From an uncultured cyanobacterium (lineage in GTDB: Bacteria > Cyanobacteriota > Cyanobacteriia > Phormidesmidales > Phormidesmidaceae), in NCBI GenBank assembly GCA_963793265.1, contig CAWBZI010000007.1, positions 160,001-224,000 on the forward strand: a stretch of 64,000 nucleotides of DNA. The letters are read 5' to 3'. Position numbers and translations under genes: made by a program. Of this stretch, positions 37,199-48,136 are shown piece by piece; position 1 is the stretch's first letter, and each line of letters starts with the position of its first letter. The notes beneath the pieces were generated by a model. That model did no database searches, was not told where the DNA came from, and worked only from the letters and a program-made list of their open reading frames with translations.

Positions 37199-38833
37199 AT
37201 GAGCCGTATTGCAGCCAACTCACACTCTCAGCGTCGCCTCTGGAGCTGGATTGTTGTCATCCTTTTATGTTTGGGCGTTTTGTTTCGAGTGTCCTATCTC
37301 GATCGGCCTGTGTACTGGGTGGATGAGGTGGCAACGTCTATGCGGGTGTCGGGGTATACGCACGCGGATGTGCGGGAGCAGGTGGCGACAGGGTTGCCGG
37401 TTACGGTGGCGGATTTGCAGACGTTTCAGATGATTAGGGGCGATCGCCCCCGTTCAGATTTGTCGCGAGTGCTTACCCAAAGCCCAGAACATGCGCCGCT
37501 TTATTTTGTATTAGCCAGGTTTTGGGCAGAGGCATTGGGTGGTTCTGTTGTGGTGATGCGAAGCTTGCCCGTGTTGTTTGGGTTGTTGGCCTTCCCGGCA
37601 ATGTATGGACTAGGGAGAGCGCTGTTTCAAAAGCATCAAGGGCGGCATTTGATTGGGCTAAGTGCGATGGGGCTGCTAGCGATTTCTCCCTTTTTTGTAG
37701 CCTACTCGCAGGAGGCGCGGCCCTATAGCCTTTGGATACTGCTGCTGTTGCTGGTGAGTCAGTTTTTAGCGCGATCGCTCCAATCAAACCGCTGGCAGTG
37801 GTGGCTCAGCTACGCCCTTTCTCTTATTCTATGTTTGTACACCTCCCTGCTAACGGTGCTTGTTGTCTTTGGTCAGGGGCTAGCGGTGATAGCTTTTCAT
37901 CCCAAACGACGGCTCTCCTATACGATTGTGACAGGGGCTTCGCTGGTCGCGCTTCTACCCTGGGTAGTTGTGGTGTTTACCCACTGGACGAAGCTACAGA
38001 GCAATACGGTTTGGATGCAGGTGCCAACAACAATATGGGCGATTTTAGGCACATGGTTTTATAGCCTAGCAGTGCTGTTCTTTGATGTGCCAGTGGCGGT
38101 AAATCCAGTGCTATTCGTGATGGAAGTGGTTGCAGCAACGCTAACGCTAGCGGTAATTGGCTATGCTTTTTACCACCTCATCCGCAGCGCACCTCGTTCT
38201 GTAATAGGATTCTTTTTGGCAGGGACGTTTTCAATCCCGCTGATGCTGTTGTTAATTGACATTGTTCGTGACGGACAGGCCGCTGCTACGCCCAGATACC
38301 TGATGCCGACTCATATAGGTGCTTTGGTGGCAACGGCTTATCTAATAGGCGATCGCCTTTTTGCAGCGAATAATTTGACAGGAAATCAGACAGCTAAGCT
38401 GTCAACTAAGCAGTGGAATAGTGCGATCGCCTTACTCCTATCCGTCAGCCTATTGTCTTGCATTATCGGTCTGAATAAAGACTCTCCCTATCTAAAAAGT
38501 CGCAACCTGAGCAACGCAGGAATTATAGCCGAGCTAAACAACGTCCAATTTGTTCAGCTTGTCACAACGCCCTACTACATTCAAGATGTGATCTCTTTAA
38601 GCTATCGGTTAAATCCTGACATCAGCATCTATTTCTTACCCGAGAAAAGCGACCCCGGCGAGCTACTGACAAAAGTTGTGAGCCTAAATAAGCCCACCTT
38701 CTTGTTTACACCTTCAGAAGAGCTGAAAGCAGTTGTAAAAGAGAATCAGTTCGGTAATTTGCGATCCGTCTTCGAGCCTGCACCTCTCATTTCAGGAGAC
38801 TACGGTCTGACGCTTTGGAGGCTTGAATCATGA
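37199..38833 (+). CDS. GT-C fold glycosyltransferase (family 39/PMT-like)
   Basis: YWVDE, EHAPLYF, RSLPVLFG, SPFFVAYSQEARPYSL; multiple TM helices. Confidence 0.88.
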   Translation: MSRIAANSHSQRRLWSWIVVILLCLGVLFRVSYLDRPVYWVDEVATSMRVSGYTHADVREQVATGLPVTVADLQTFQMIRGDRPRSDLSRVLTQSPEHAPLYFVLARFWAEALGGSVVVMRSLPVLFGLLAFPAMYGLGRALFQKHQGRHLIGLSAMGLLAISPFFVAYSQEARPYSLWILLLLLVSQFLARSLQSNRWQWWLSYALSLILCLYTSLLTVLVVFGQGLAVIAFHPKRRLSYTIVTGASLVALLPWVVVVFTHWTKLQSNTVWMQVPTTIWAILGTWFYSLAVLFFDVPVAVNPVLFVMEVVAATLTLAVIGYAFYHLIRSAPRSVIGFFLAGTFSIPLMLLLIDIVRDGQAAATPRYLMPTHIGALVATAYLIGDRLFAANNLTGNQTAKLSTKQWNSAIALLLSVSLLSCIIGLNKDSPYLKSRNLSNAGIIAELNNVQFVQLVTTPYYIQDVISLSYRLNPDISIYFLPEKSDPGELLTKVVSLNKPTFLFTPSEELKAVVKENQFGNLRSVFEPAPLISGDYGLTLWRLES

Positions 38834-40065
38834 AGATTGCAATTATTAGCTCTGGGTTTTTGCCGGTTGTTGATGGGGTGACGGTAGCCCTTTACCAGCG
38901 GCTGCGAGTGCTGAGCGAATTGAAACACGAGGTATTAGTGCTATGTCCAGACTATGCATCGATTGAGTCAGTCTATCCTAGTTGGCGCGATTATCAGGGC
39001 GAGGTTTTACCGGGGGTGCAGGTAAAGGGGGTGCCGAGCGAGCCTTTCATGGGGGTGGCGTTTGAGCGGAATATGAGCGGGAAGGCTAATCAGGTGTTGC
39101 AGCAGACGCTAAAGGCTTTTAATCCAGATGTTGTGCATGTAGACGAGCCCGATCGGCTGTTTTTAGGGCTATTGAAAGCGCCTGGTGTTGCTTATGCTAA
39201 GAGAAACCACGTTCCCTGTCTGGGGTTCTATCATACGAACTTCATTGACTATATCGAAGACTTTTTGCCGCTGCGGGGCGTTGCAATTTCTTTTTTGCAG
39301 TGGGTTTCGATGTTGTTTATACGGCCCGTGCTGCACGCTTACGATGCGATTTTGGTGTCTAGTCCGGCAGCAGAGGCTAGGCTAAAACAATTGCGAGTGA
39401 AGGGCGTGGTGTGCGATCGCTTCTTAGGCGTAGACACAGCAGCCTTTGACGCGCAGACACGCCAGCCCAATTTCTTCAAAGCACAGTACGGCATTAACGA
39501 CATTGACAACAAAGTAAAAATAGTCTTCTTAGGGCGGCTGACGCCTGATAAAGGCTGGCAGTTTACGCTGAAGGCTTTGGCGGCTTGGATGAAAGATCCT
39601 GCGAATCAAGCGATCGCCTCTCAGATGGCAATCGTAATTGTAGGCAGCGGCGAGCTAAAAGTCGAAATTGAATCAAAACTACAGTCTCTGGGGCTAACGG
39701 CTTATTTCCTGGGACGGATTGCGCCTGATGCGGTGCCTGCTCTGCTGGTGAATAGTGATATTCATGTGACGACTTCTGAAAAGGAGACGCTGGGGTTGAC
39801 GATATTAGAGGCTTTTGCGGCAGGGATTCCAGCGATCGCGCCCAATGCAGGCGGCGTCACAACGCTTATGCGCGACGGTGAGAACGGGCTGTTGTTCGAG
39901 CCTCAGAATATCGAGAGTTTTGGGCGATCGCTCTCAATGCTGGTCGTAAATGAGGGAATGCGGCAGCAGATGGGCGATCGCGGAAGACGAGATGTCGAGC
40001 CCTACAGTTGGCGCGTGGTGGTGAATAATTTGATCGAGGTCTGGAAAGCTTACATACCCGACTGA
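38830..40065 (+). CDS. Glycosyltransferase family 4 (SqdX/PimB-like)
   Basis: FLPVVDGVT, YHTNF, GRLTPDKG, ETLGLTILEAFAAG; ATGA overlap with the upstream gene. Confidence 0.9.
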   Translation: MKIAIISSGFLPVVDGVTVALYQRLRVLSELKHEVLVLCPDYASIESVYPSWRDYQGEVLPGVQVKGVPSEPFMGVAFERNMSGKANQVLQQTLKAFNPDVVHVDEPDRLFLGLLKAPGVAYAKRNHVPCLGFYHTNFIDYIEDFLPLRGVAISFLQWVSMLFIRPVLHAYDAILVSSPAAEARLKQLRVKGVVCDRFLGVDTAAFDAQTRQPNFFKAQYGINDIDNKVKIVFLGRLTPDKGWQFTLKALAAWMKDPANQAIASQMAIVIVGSGELKVEIESKLQSLGLTAYFLGRIAPDAVPALLVNSDIHVTTSEKETLGLTILEAFAAGIPAIAPNAGGVTTLMRDGENGLLFEPQNIESFGRSLSMLVVNEGMRQQMGDRGRRDVEPYSWRVVVNNLIEVWKAYIPD

Positions 40066-40192
40066 ATATGGAACCAGCGCCTTCCAAATCTGGCTAATTT
40101 TATGGAACCTTGTCTTGACAGCGCCGTTCTTTCAGTTTAGTTAGATATATACAGTCAGCTCTAAAAGTACGCATTCACAAACTTCCTCACGC

Positions 40193-43100
40193 ATGAGTTC
40201 ATCCCGGTCTGCTTCGCCTGAGCCTATTGCAATTGTCGGTATTGGCTGCCGATATCCGGGGGGCGCTAATACGCCTGACGCCTTTTGGCAAATGATTCGC
40301 AATGGCATCGATAGCGTGACGGAGGTACCCGCCTCTCGCTGGAATGCAGCCGCTATTTATGACCCTGATGTGAGTGTGCCGAATAAAACGAATACTCGCT
40401 GGGGTGGCTTTTTAGAGCAAGTCGATCAGTTTGACCCGCAATTTTTTGGCATTGCGCCGCGCGAAGTGGCGACGATGGATCCACAGCAAAGGCTTTTGCT
40501 AGAGGTGACCTGGGAGGCGCTAGAAGATGCCGGGCAAATTCCCGAGCGTTTGCGCGGGTCTAAAACGGGCGTTTTTATTGGGATAGGGACGCACGACTAC
40601 TCGATTATGCTGTGGCAGCAGCCGGTGAATGACCCGTATGCGACAACCGGTACGGGGAACTGCATTGCGGCGAATCGAATCTCTTATCTGTTCGACTTTA
40701 AGGGGCCGAGCTTAGCGGTAGATACGGCCTGTTCATCGTCGTCGGTGGCGGTGCATTTGGCCTGCCAGAGTATCTGGAATGGTGAGAGCCAAATGGCGGT
40801 GGCGGGCGGCGTGAATGTGCTGCTGCTGCCGACGGTGACAGCCGGGTTTTCTAAGGGCGGCTTTATGTCGGGTGAGGGCCGGTGCAAGAGCTTTGATGCG
40901 AGTGCCGATGGCTATGTGCGCAGTGAAGGTGCAGGGCTGGTGATATTGAAGCCGCTCTCGCAGGCGGTGGCTGATAATGACGCGGTATACGCGGTAATTC
41001 GTGGAAGCGCGGTTAATCAGGACGGCTTTAGTCAGGGGATGGCGGCTCCAAATGCTGAAGCGCAGGCGGCGGTGCTGCGGGTGGCGTATGAACAGGCGGG
41101 TGTTGACCCGGCGAAGGTGCGGTATGTGGAGGCGCACGGGACAGGGACGAAGCTGGGCGATCCGGTGGAGGCGCAGGCGCTAGGGGCGGTTTTGAGTGGG
41201 GGGCGATCGCCTGAAAATCCTTGTATTATCGGCTCTGTAAAAAGCAACATCGGCCACACTGAAACAGCAGCTGGGGTCGCAGGTGTGATCAAAGCGGCTT
41301 TAATCCTCAAGCACAAGGAGATTCCGCCTAGCCTGCATTTTTACTCAGCAAATCCGGCGATTGACTTTGAGCAGTTGAGGCTGCGGGTAGAGACAGGCGT
41401 TACGTCTCTTTCACAGGAGTCTGAGATATATGTGGGCGTGAATTCTTTTGGGTTTGGAGGGACTAATGCACATACCGTATTAGCTTCGTTTGAGACGGCT
41501 AAAGTAGAACAGAATAAGTCTGTTTTAGAGGCTCAGATTTTAGCGCTTTCAGCTAAGAGTGAAGCGGCGCTAAGGGATTTAGTTGTGCGGTATCAGGAGC
41601 TATTACGCTTAGAGCCTGATCTGGGGGCTTTGTGCAGAGCGGCGGGGGTGAAGCGATCGCACTTTTCTCATCGGGTTTCTTTTGTGGCCAAGTCAGTCTT
41701 GCAGCTACAAGAAAAGATAAAGGACTGGCTAGCTGGCGATGACGCAATCGGCGCTGTGTCTGGTCGGAAGGCAGAGACTACCGGCATTGCCTTTCTCTTT
41801 ACCGGGCAAGGGTCGCAGGCAGTAGGCATGGGGCGATCGCTCTACAAAACTCAGCCTGCTTTTCGCGACGCGCTAGATTGCTGTTCTAAAATACTCAGTC
41901 AGCACAATGTCCCTTTATTAGATGTGTTGTTTGAGGGGAAGCCGACCGCAGAGGCCATTCATCAAACAGCTTATACGCAGCCGGTTTTATTCGCTTTTGA
42001 ATATGCACTGGCTCGACTTTGGATGTCGTGGGGCATTCAGCCTTCGGTAGTGCTAGGACATAGCTTAGGCGAATATATGGCTGCTTGCCTGGCGGGCGTG
42101 TTTAGTTTAGAAGATGCGCTGAAGCTAGTTACAGCCAGAGGTCGGCTGATGCAGGCGTTGCCGTCAGGAGGAGCGATGGTGTCTGTGATGGCGAGTGCGG
42201 CACTATGTAAAGAGGCCATTGCGGCAGTCGGTAAGGAAGCTTCGATTGCAGCGGTGAATGGGCCGCAGAGTACTGTTGTTTCTGGGCATGAGGAGGCGAT
42301 CGCGCAAATCACCCAACAGCTCGAACAACAAAACATTAAGTGCAAGCCGCTTACCGTCTCTCACGCCTTTCATTCAGATCTCATGGAGCCGATGCTAGAT
42401 GAGTTTCGAGAAGTGGCAAATTCGGTCATTTTCCATAAGCCCGAGCTGCCGCTAATTTCTATGCTTACAGGAGAGGTAGCCACCGCAGAGATCGCGACGG
42501 CTGACTATTGGGTGCGACATGTGCGATCGCCCGTCCAATTCCTAGATGCCATAAAAACCCTACATAAAAGACAAGAACGCACCTATCTTGAAATTGGCGC
42601 AAAGCCCATTCTGCTCGGGATGGCTCGAATCTGTTTGCCCAATGCCGAAGATGTGCGCTGGTTGCCTAGCTTGCGGCCTCAACAATCTTCTGAGCAAGTC
42701 GAAATGCTCACTAGCCTGGCGAAGCTCTACGTACAGGGCGCAAACGTCAACTGGGCGGCAGTTGATCCCAACCTGAAAGCAACCGCGATATCGCTACCCA
42801 CTTATCCCTTTCAGCGGCAGCGCTACTGGTGGGAAGGGGCGAGCATTCCTAGTATGGAGCCTCGGCAGTCAGCGTCTCAAGGACTGGCTTCTACCACAGA
42901 ACATCCTCTAATTGGCAATCGTCTGCTGCTAGCAGGCACTAGAGAGCAGCGGTTTCAAAGCTTATTGAGTGCTCAATCACCTGGCTATCTAGCAGATCAT
43001 CGTGTTTTAGAGAACGTTGTTTTGCCGGGAGCGGCTTATTTAGAGATGGCGATCGCCACGGCGGCTCACTGGTGCGGTTCTACAAAATTCTCACTCTCTC

Positions 43101-46100
43101 AGGTATCTATCGAACAACCGCTAATACTAAAAGAGAAGGCAACAGTAATACAGTCGGTACTAGCACCTGATCAAAATGAGCAGGCCACGGTTCAAATATT
43201 TAGCTCAGATTTGTCCGAAGAGAATTTTACACGTCATGCGATGGCGACAGTTGAAAAAGTCTCTTCCAAAGAGAACTTACTGCTAGAGAGGCGATCGCTT
43301 AAGAACATTCAAGCTGCCTTGCAGTTTCACGCTGTTGATGTTGACGGCTACTATCAAAAGCTTAGCGAGCAAGGGCTGAACTACGGCAAAAGTTTTCGGG
43401 TTATTCAACAGCTTTGGCGACATGAAGGGCAGGCGCTAAGCCAAATCAGCCGTGAGGGCGCTATAGATCTTGCATATTCTCTTCATCCCGCCCTGCTAGA
43501 CGGCTGCTTTCAAACCATAGGCGCGGCGGTGCAGAACAACATAGCACTCGGCACTTACCTCCCTGTTGGACTAGATTGGCTTCAGGTTTACCGCCCACTG
43601 CGGCAGTCGGGCTGGTGCGCCGTAAAGATCACGCAGCCTGATGCAAGCGCTAACGGCAGCCGAGACGGGGCAACACCTACGCAGATCAAAGCCAACCTGT
43701 CCATTTGGGATGAAGCAGGCGAGCTGGCAGCGCAAATCACAGGAATGACGCTTAGATACGTCAATCGCAGCGCTTTACAACAGCTTTTTGGTGCGCCCGA
43801 AACGCCCGCACACAATTGGCTATACGATTTCGCCTGGTTAGCTCAGCCCAAGCCAGAAGGTAAGAAGAAAATAGTGGCTCAAGATACGTCTACCTGGATT
43901 ATCTTTGCAGATGACAAAGGCATTGGGCAACAGATTACAGAAGCTTTGCAGGCGGCGAGCGGCTCAGTTAAAGTCGGATCGCAGCAGCGCTGTATTTCGG
44001 TGAAGAAGGGCGATCGCTATCAAGCCTTAAAGAAAAACACATACGCGCTAAATCCTGCTAGCGCCGAAGATTTCACGCAGCTATTCACCGATCTCACCAT
44101 TACCTTAGCGGCTGAGCAAGGCGATCTCAACTGTCGAATGCTCTATCTATGGGGTTTGGATGCTGAAGGCAGCGAGATTGGAGACTTGAGCGTACAGGAA
44201 CACGTTTGCGGCGGACTGTTGAACTTAGTAGGCGCGATCGCTCAGTTCCCTGCTCTTTCTGCTCGCCTATGGATCACAACGCAAGCGGCACAGGCAGTAG
44301 ACGGCCCTTCATCGCTCAAGCTTCAGCAAACGCCACTATGGGGCCTGGCGCGAACCCTGCGATTAGAGCATCCCGGTTTGCAGTGCATCTGCTTAGATGT
44401 CGCAGAGACATTCTTTTCTAAACTCAGCCCGAAGAGCTTGAACCTGTTGCTAGCCGATCTCTGTTACCCGGATGCCGAAGAACAGATTGCCTATCGACAA
44501 GATCTCCGGTTTGTCGCTCGCCTACTTTCTCACTCAGATGAAAAAGCCTCTCAACCCTTACAAGTTCCTGACAGTGACTCTTTCCGCCTGGGTCTTTCGA
44601 GCTACGGCGTACTCGATCATCTAACGCTAGTGCCCGCAAAACGACGCTTTCATGCAGGCGCAGCAACGCCCCAAGCGGGAGAAGTTGAAATTCAGGTGAA
44701 GGCTTCAGGGCTAAACTTTCGTGATGTGTTGAACGCGCTAGGAATGCTGCAATCGGTGGCAGAGAGCATGGGCTATGCCACCTCGGCGGAGGTGCCTTTT
44801 GGTGGTGAGTGTGCAGGGATTATAACGGCAGTTGGGCCAGGCGTGAAGCGTGTGCAGGTGGGCGATGCAGTGATTGCCGCGCAGGCCGTAGGCAGCTTGA
44901 GTCAGTTTGTAACGGTGCCGGTAGATTTTGTGGTGCCAAAGCCGCCGTCTATGAGCTTTGCCGATGCGGCGACGATACCCACCACGTTTTTGACGGCCTA
45001 TTATGGGCTGGTGCACTGCGCTAGGTTGAAGAAGGGCGATCGCATCTTGATTCATGCCGCAGCAGGCGGTGTAGGGCAGTCGGCGGTTCAGCTCGCACAG
45101 CAGATTGGTGCTGAGGTGTTTGCAACCGCAAGCGAGCCTAAGTGGAACTTCTTGCGGGCGATGGGTGTTAAGTATGTCAGTAACTCTCGATCACTTGACT
45201 TTGCCGATGAGATCTTGGCGCTGACAGAGGGTAAAGGCGTAGATGTTGTCTTCAACAGTTTGAATGGAGAGGTAATCGGCAAAAATATAGAGGTACTAGC
45301 GCCACAGGGTCGGTTTGTTGAAATCGGTAAAATTGGGATCTGGACGACGGATCAGATGCAGGCGACTCGGCCCGATGTGAGCTATTTCCCATTTGACCTG
45401 CTAGAGGTTTCTAATGCTGACTCACAAATTATTGCTCAAATGTTTGCTGAGCTGATGACCCGCTTCAAGTCAAGAAGTCTTCAGCCTTTACCTAAAACTG
45501 TGTTTCCCATTGAGTTTGCTCCTGACGCCTTCCGCTATATGGCCCAGTCGCGGCACATTGGGAAGGTTGTGCTGACGCTGCCGGAGATTGCGCCGTATCA
45601 GGAGATGATTGATGGTGAGGCGAATTATTTGCTGGCTGGGGGATTGGGGGCCTTAGGGCTTAGGGTGGCTGAGTGGCTAGTGAGTCAGGGTGCGCGTCAT
45701 TTGATTCTGTTAGGGAGGCGATCACCTGCTGCCGCTGCAAAAGAAACTATCTCGCATCTTGAAAACGAAGGCGCTACTGTTAAAGTTATCCAAACTGACA
45801 TTGCCAGTGCAAAAGAACTTAAAACGGCCCTTTCTTCTTTCATAAACGCCTCATCTGCTCACCCGATCAAAGGCGTGTTTCATTTAGCGGGCGTTCTAGA
45901 AGACAAACTCCTTATAAACCAAACCTGGGAAAGCTTTGAAACTGTCATGAAGCCCAAGATTGCGGGCGCTTGGAACTTACACTATCTCACTCAAGACCTA
46001 CCGCTCGATCACTTTGTCTGTTTTTCTTCGATTGTCTCTTTGATGGGTTCTTTGGGGCAAGGCAACTATGCGGCGGCGAATACCTTTCTCGATGGCCTAG

Positions 46101-48136
46101 CACATCATCGTCGCGGGCTCGGACTGCCAGCGCTAAGCATCAACTGGGGGCCTTGGGCCGAAGCTGGGATGGTCGCTGAGCTAGACACTCGCAGCCAAGA
46201 CCGCATGAAAGCGCAAGGATTGACGGCAATCTCGCCGGACGTGGGTCTACAGATATTAGGTGAGGCGATGCACCAAGCGAGAACGCAGGTGGGCGTAGTG
46301 CCGATTGACTGGGCTGCGTTTATGGCATCCGCAGGCGGGCAGGCGAGCGGCGCAAAGTCCTCGCTGTTTACAGCACTCAGACCAGCGGCTAAACCGGCTA
46401 AGGCGGCATTACGCGCTGAGGTGCTTCAGCAGTTGACGACCGTCGATGCGCGAGATCGCCCCGCCCTATTAGCCACCTACATTCAAGCTCAGCTCGCAAA
46501 AGTCATGGGCTTCAGCTCACCAGAGGCCATCAGCCTCAACGAACAGTTTGGCGACTTAGGCATGGATTCTCTCATGGCCGTCGAATTCAGCAATCGCCTG
46601 CAAACCAATCTCAATCACCCCATTCCACAAACGCTCGCCTTTGACTATCCCACCGTCAATGCCCTATCCAAGTATTTAGTGCAAAAAATCGCGCCTGCAA
46701 CAGATGCCGAAAAAGCACAGCCTGCCGCTATGAAGAAAGCACCAGCCTCTACGTCTATTAAATCCACTGCCGCTGAATCCACTGCCGCTAAATCCACTAC
46801 CGCTGAATCCACTACCGCTGAATCCACTACCGCTAAATCTACTGCTGTTGAACCTATAGCAGAACATTCTCTTCCCCCAAAACACACGCCGAAGCAAAAC
46901 AAAGCTCCCTCATACAAGCCTCCGGCAGCGCACTATCAGTTCTCACAAATGCCTGACTACCGGCGATTACAGCAGGATCTAGAGCGGCTCGAAGATCTCA
47001 AAAATCCTTTCTTCGCCGTTCACGATGGTATTGCCAAAGACACCACGCATATTCAGGGGCGATCGCTCATAAACTACGCCAGCTACAACTATCTCGGACT
47101 CTCAGGCCATCCCGCCGTCAGCGAAGCCGCCCAAAAGGCAATTACGCAATACGGCACCTCCGTTTCGGCAAGTCGAGTGGTTTCAGGCGAGCGCAGTGTT
47201 CATCTGAAATTAGAGCAGGCGATCGCACAGTTCTTAGGCACCGAAGACTGCATTACCTTCATCGGCGGACACGCCACCAACGTAACTACCATCGGCCACC
47301 TCTTCCAAGAAAAAGACCTCATCCTTTGCGACGCGCTTAGCCACAACAGCATTCGCGAAGGATGCAAGCTCTCAGGTGCAACCATTATCGAGTTTCCTCA
47401 CAACGACTGGCAGGCGCTTGACGAGCTTTTATATGAACATCGCCCTCATCATGAGAAAGTATTGGTCGCCATTGAAGGCGTTTATAGTACAGATGGCGAT
47501 CTGGCTGTGCTGACAGAATTTGTGCGGCTAAAAGCAGCGCATAAGGTGTTCTTGATGGTAGATGAGGCGCATTCTATTGGCGTGACGGGTGCGACCGGGC
47601 GAGGTGTGGGTGAGCACTTTGGCGTAGCTGCTGGCGATGTAGATATGTGGATGGGCACGTTGAGTAAGTCTTTTGCGAGCTGTGGCGGCTATATCGCTGG
47701 GTGTTCTGAGCTGGTGAAATACCTGAAATATACGGCTCCAGGATTCTTGTTTAGTGTGGGAATGGCTCCTGCGAATGCAGCAGCAGCACTCGCGGCTTTG
47801 CAAACAGTTCAGCGAGAGCCAGAGCGGGTGACTCAGGTGCAGGCGCGATCGCGTTTGTTCCTCTCTTTAGCCAAAGCCCAAGGACTCAACACCGGAGACA
47901 GCCACGATTCTCCCGTAGTCCCCATTATTGTTGGCGAACCTTACAAGGCCGTTCAACTCTCTTACACACTGCTTCAGCAAGGCATCAACGTACAGCCAAT
48001 GGTTTACCCTTCAGTGCCTTACAACGCCGCTCGCTTACGATTCTTTTTAAGCTGCTTACACACCGAAGAACAGATTACAAAAACCGTACAGACTATTGCC
48101 GACGAGCTAATGATTATCAACGCAGCGGCCTTATAG
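40193..48136 (+). CDS. Type I polyketide synthase KS-AT-DH-ER-KR-ACP with a C-terminal PLP-dependent AONS/serine-palmitoyltransferase-like domain
   Basis: KS DTACSSS/EAHGTGT/KSNIGH; AT GHSLG/HAFHS; DH LADHRV...LPG and LDGCFQ; ER IHAAAGGVG; KR GGLGALG/YAAAN; ACP GMDSLM; AONS SYNYLGL/DEAH/GTLSKS. Confidence 0.93.
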   Translation: MSSSRSASPEPIAIVGIGCRYPGGANTPDAFWQMIRNGIDSVTEVPASRWNAAAIYDPDVSVPNKTNTRWGGFLEQVDQFDPQFFGIAPREVATMDPQQRLLLEVTWEALEDAGQIPERLRGSKTGVFIGIGTHDYSIMLWQQPVNDPYATTGTGNCIAANRISYLFDFKGPSLAVDTACSSSSVAVHLACQSIWNGESQMAVAGGVNVLLLPTVTAGFSKGGFMSGEGRCKSFDASADGYVRSEGAGLVILKPLSQAVADNDAVYAVIRGSAVNQDGFSQGMAAPNAEAQAAVLRVAYEQAGVDPAKVRYVEAHGTGTKLGDPVEAQALGAVLSGGRSPENPCIIGSVKSNIGHTETAAGVAGVIKAALILKHKEIPPSLHFYSANPAIDFEQLRLRVETGVTSLSQESEIYVGVNSFGFGGTNAHTVLASFETAKVEQNKSVLEAQILALSAKSEAALRDLVVRYQELLRLEPDLGALCRAAGVKRSHFSHRVSFVAKSVLQLQEKIKDWLAGDDAIGAVSGRKAETTGIAFLFTGQGSQAVGMGRSLYKTQPAFRDALDCCSKILSQHNVPLLDVLFEGKPTAEAIHQTAYTQPVLFAFEYALARLWMSWGIQPSVVLGHSLGEYMAACLAGVFSLEDALKLVTARGRLMQALPSGGAMVSVMASAALCKEAIAAVGKEASIAAVNGPQSTVVSGHEEAIAQITQQLEQQNIKCKPLTVSHAFHSDLMEPMLDEFREVANSVIFHKPELPLISMLTGEVATAEIATADYWVRHVRSPVQFLDAIKTLHKRQERTYLEIGAKPILLGMARICLPNAEDVRWLPSLRPQQSSEQVEMLTSLAKLYVQGANVNWAAVDPNLKATAISLPTYPFQRQRYWWEGASIPSMEPRQSASQGLASTTEHPLIGNRLLLAGTREQRFQSLLSAQSPGYLADHRVLENVVLPGAAYLEMAIATAAHWCGSTKFSLSQVSIEQPLILKEKATVIQSVLAPDQNEQATVQIFSSDLSEENFTRHAMATVEKVSSKENLLLERRSLKNIQAALQFHAVDVDGYYQKLSEQGLNYGKSFRVIQQLWRHEGQALSQISREGAIDLAYSLHPALLDGCFQTIGAAVQNNIALGTYLPVGLDWLQVYRPLRQSGWCAVKITQPDASANGSRDGATPTQIKANLSIWDEAGELAAQITGMTLRYVNRSALQQLFGAPETPAHNWLYDFAWLAQPKPEGKKKIVAQDTSTWIIFADDKGIGQQITEALQAASGSVKVGSQQRCISVKKGDRYQALKKNTYALNPASAEDFTQLFTDLTITLAAEQGDLNCRMLYLWGLDAEGSEIGDLSVQEHVCGGLLNLVGAIAQFPALSARLWITTQAAQAVDGPSSLKLQQTPLWGLARTLRLEHPGLQCICLDVAETFFSKLSPKSLNLLLADLCYPDAEEQIAYRQDLRFVARLLSHSDEKASQPLQVPDSDSFRLGLSSYGVLDHLTLVPAKRRFHAGAATPQAGEVEIQVKASGLNFRDVLNALGMLQSVAESMGYATSAEVPFGGECAGIITAVGPGVKRVQVGDAVIAAQAVGSLSQFVTVPVDFVVPKPPSMSFADAATIPTTFLTAYYGLVHCARLKKGDRILIHAAAGGVGQSAVQLAQQIGAEVFATASEPKWNFLRAMGVKYVSNSRSLDFADEILALTEGKGVDVVFNSLNGEVIGKNIEVLAPQGRFVEIGKIGIWTTDQMQATRPDVSYFPFDLLEVSNADSQIIAQMFAELMTRFKSRSLQPLPKTVFPIEFAPDAFRYMAQSRHIGKVVLTLPEIAPYQEMIDGEANYLLAGGLGALGLRVAEWLVSQGARHLILLGRRSPAAAAKETISHLENEGATVKVIQTDIASAKELKTALSSFINASSAHPIKGVFHLAGVLEDKLLINQTWESFETVMKPKIAGAWNLHYLTQDLPLDHFVCFSSIVSLMGSLGQGNYAAANTFLDGLAHHRRGLGLPALSINWGPWAEAGMVAELDTRSQDRMKAQGLTAISPDVGLQILGEAMHQARTQVGVVPIDWAAFMASAGGQASGAKSSLFTALRPAAKPAKAALRAEVLQQLTTVDARDRPALLATYIQAQLAKVMGFSSPEAISLNEQFGDLGMDSLMAVEFSNRLQTNLNHPIPQTLAFDYPTVNALSKYLVQKIAPATDAEKAQPAAMKKAPASTSIKSTAAESTAAKSTTAESTTAESTTAKSTAVEPIAEHSLPPKHTPKQNKAPSYKPPAAHYQFSQMPDYRRLQQDLERLEDLKNPFFAVHDGIAKDTTHIQGRSLINYASYNYLGLSGHPAVSEAAQKAITQYGTSVSASRVVSGERSVHLKLEQAIAQFLGTEDCITFIGGHATNVTTIGHLFQEKDLILCDALSHNSIREGCKLSGATIIEFPHNDWQALDELLYEHRPHHEKVLVAIEGVYSTDGDLAVLTEFVRLKAAHKVFLMVDEAHSIGVTGATGRGVGEHFGVAAGDVDMWMGTLSKSFASCGGYIAGCSELVKYLKYTAPGFLFSVGMAPANAAAALAALQTVQREPERVTQVQARSRLFLSLAKAQGLNTGDSHDSPVVPIIVGEPYKAVQLSYTLLQQGINVQPMVYPSVPYNAARLRFFLSCLHTEEQITKTVQTIADELMIINAAAL
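46761..46850 (+). repeat. Six 15-bp tandem repeats in the ACP-AONS linker
   Basis: AATCCACT(G/A)CCGCT(G/A) x5 plus one degenerate unit, encoding (K/E)ST(A/T)A. Confidence 0.92.
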
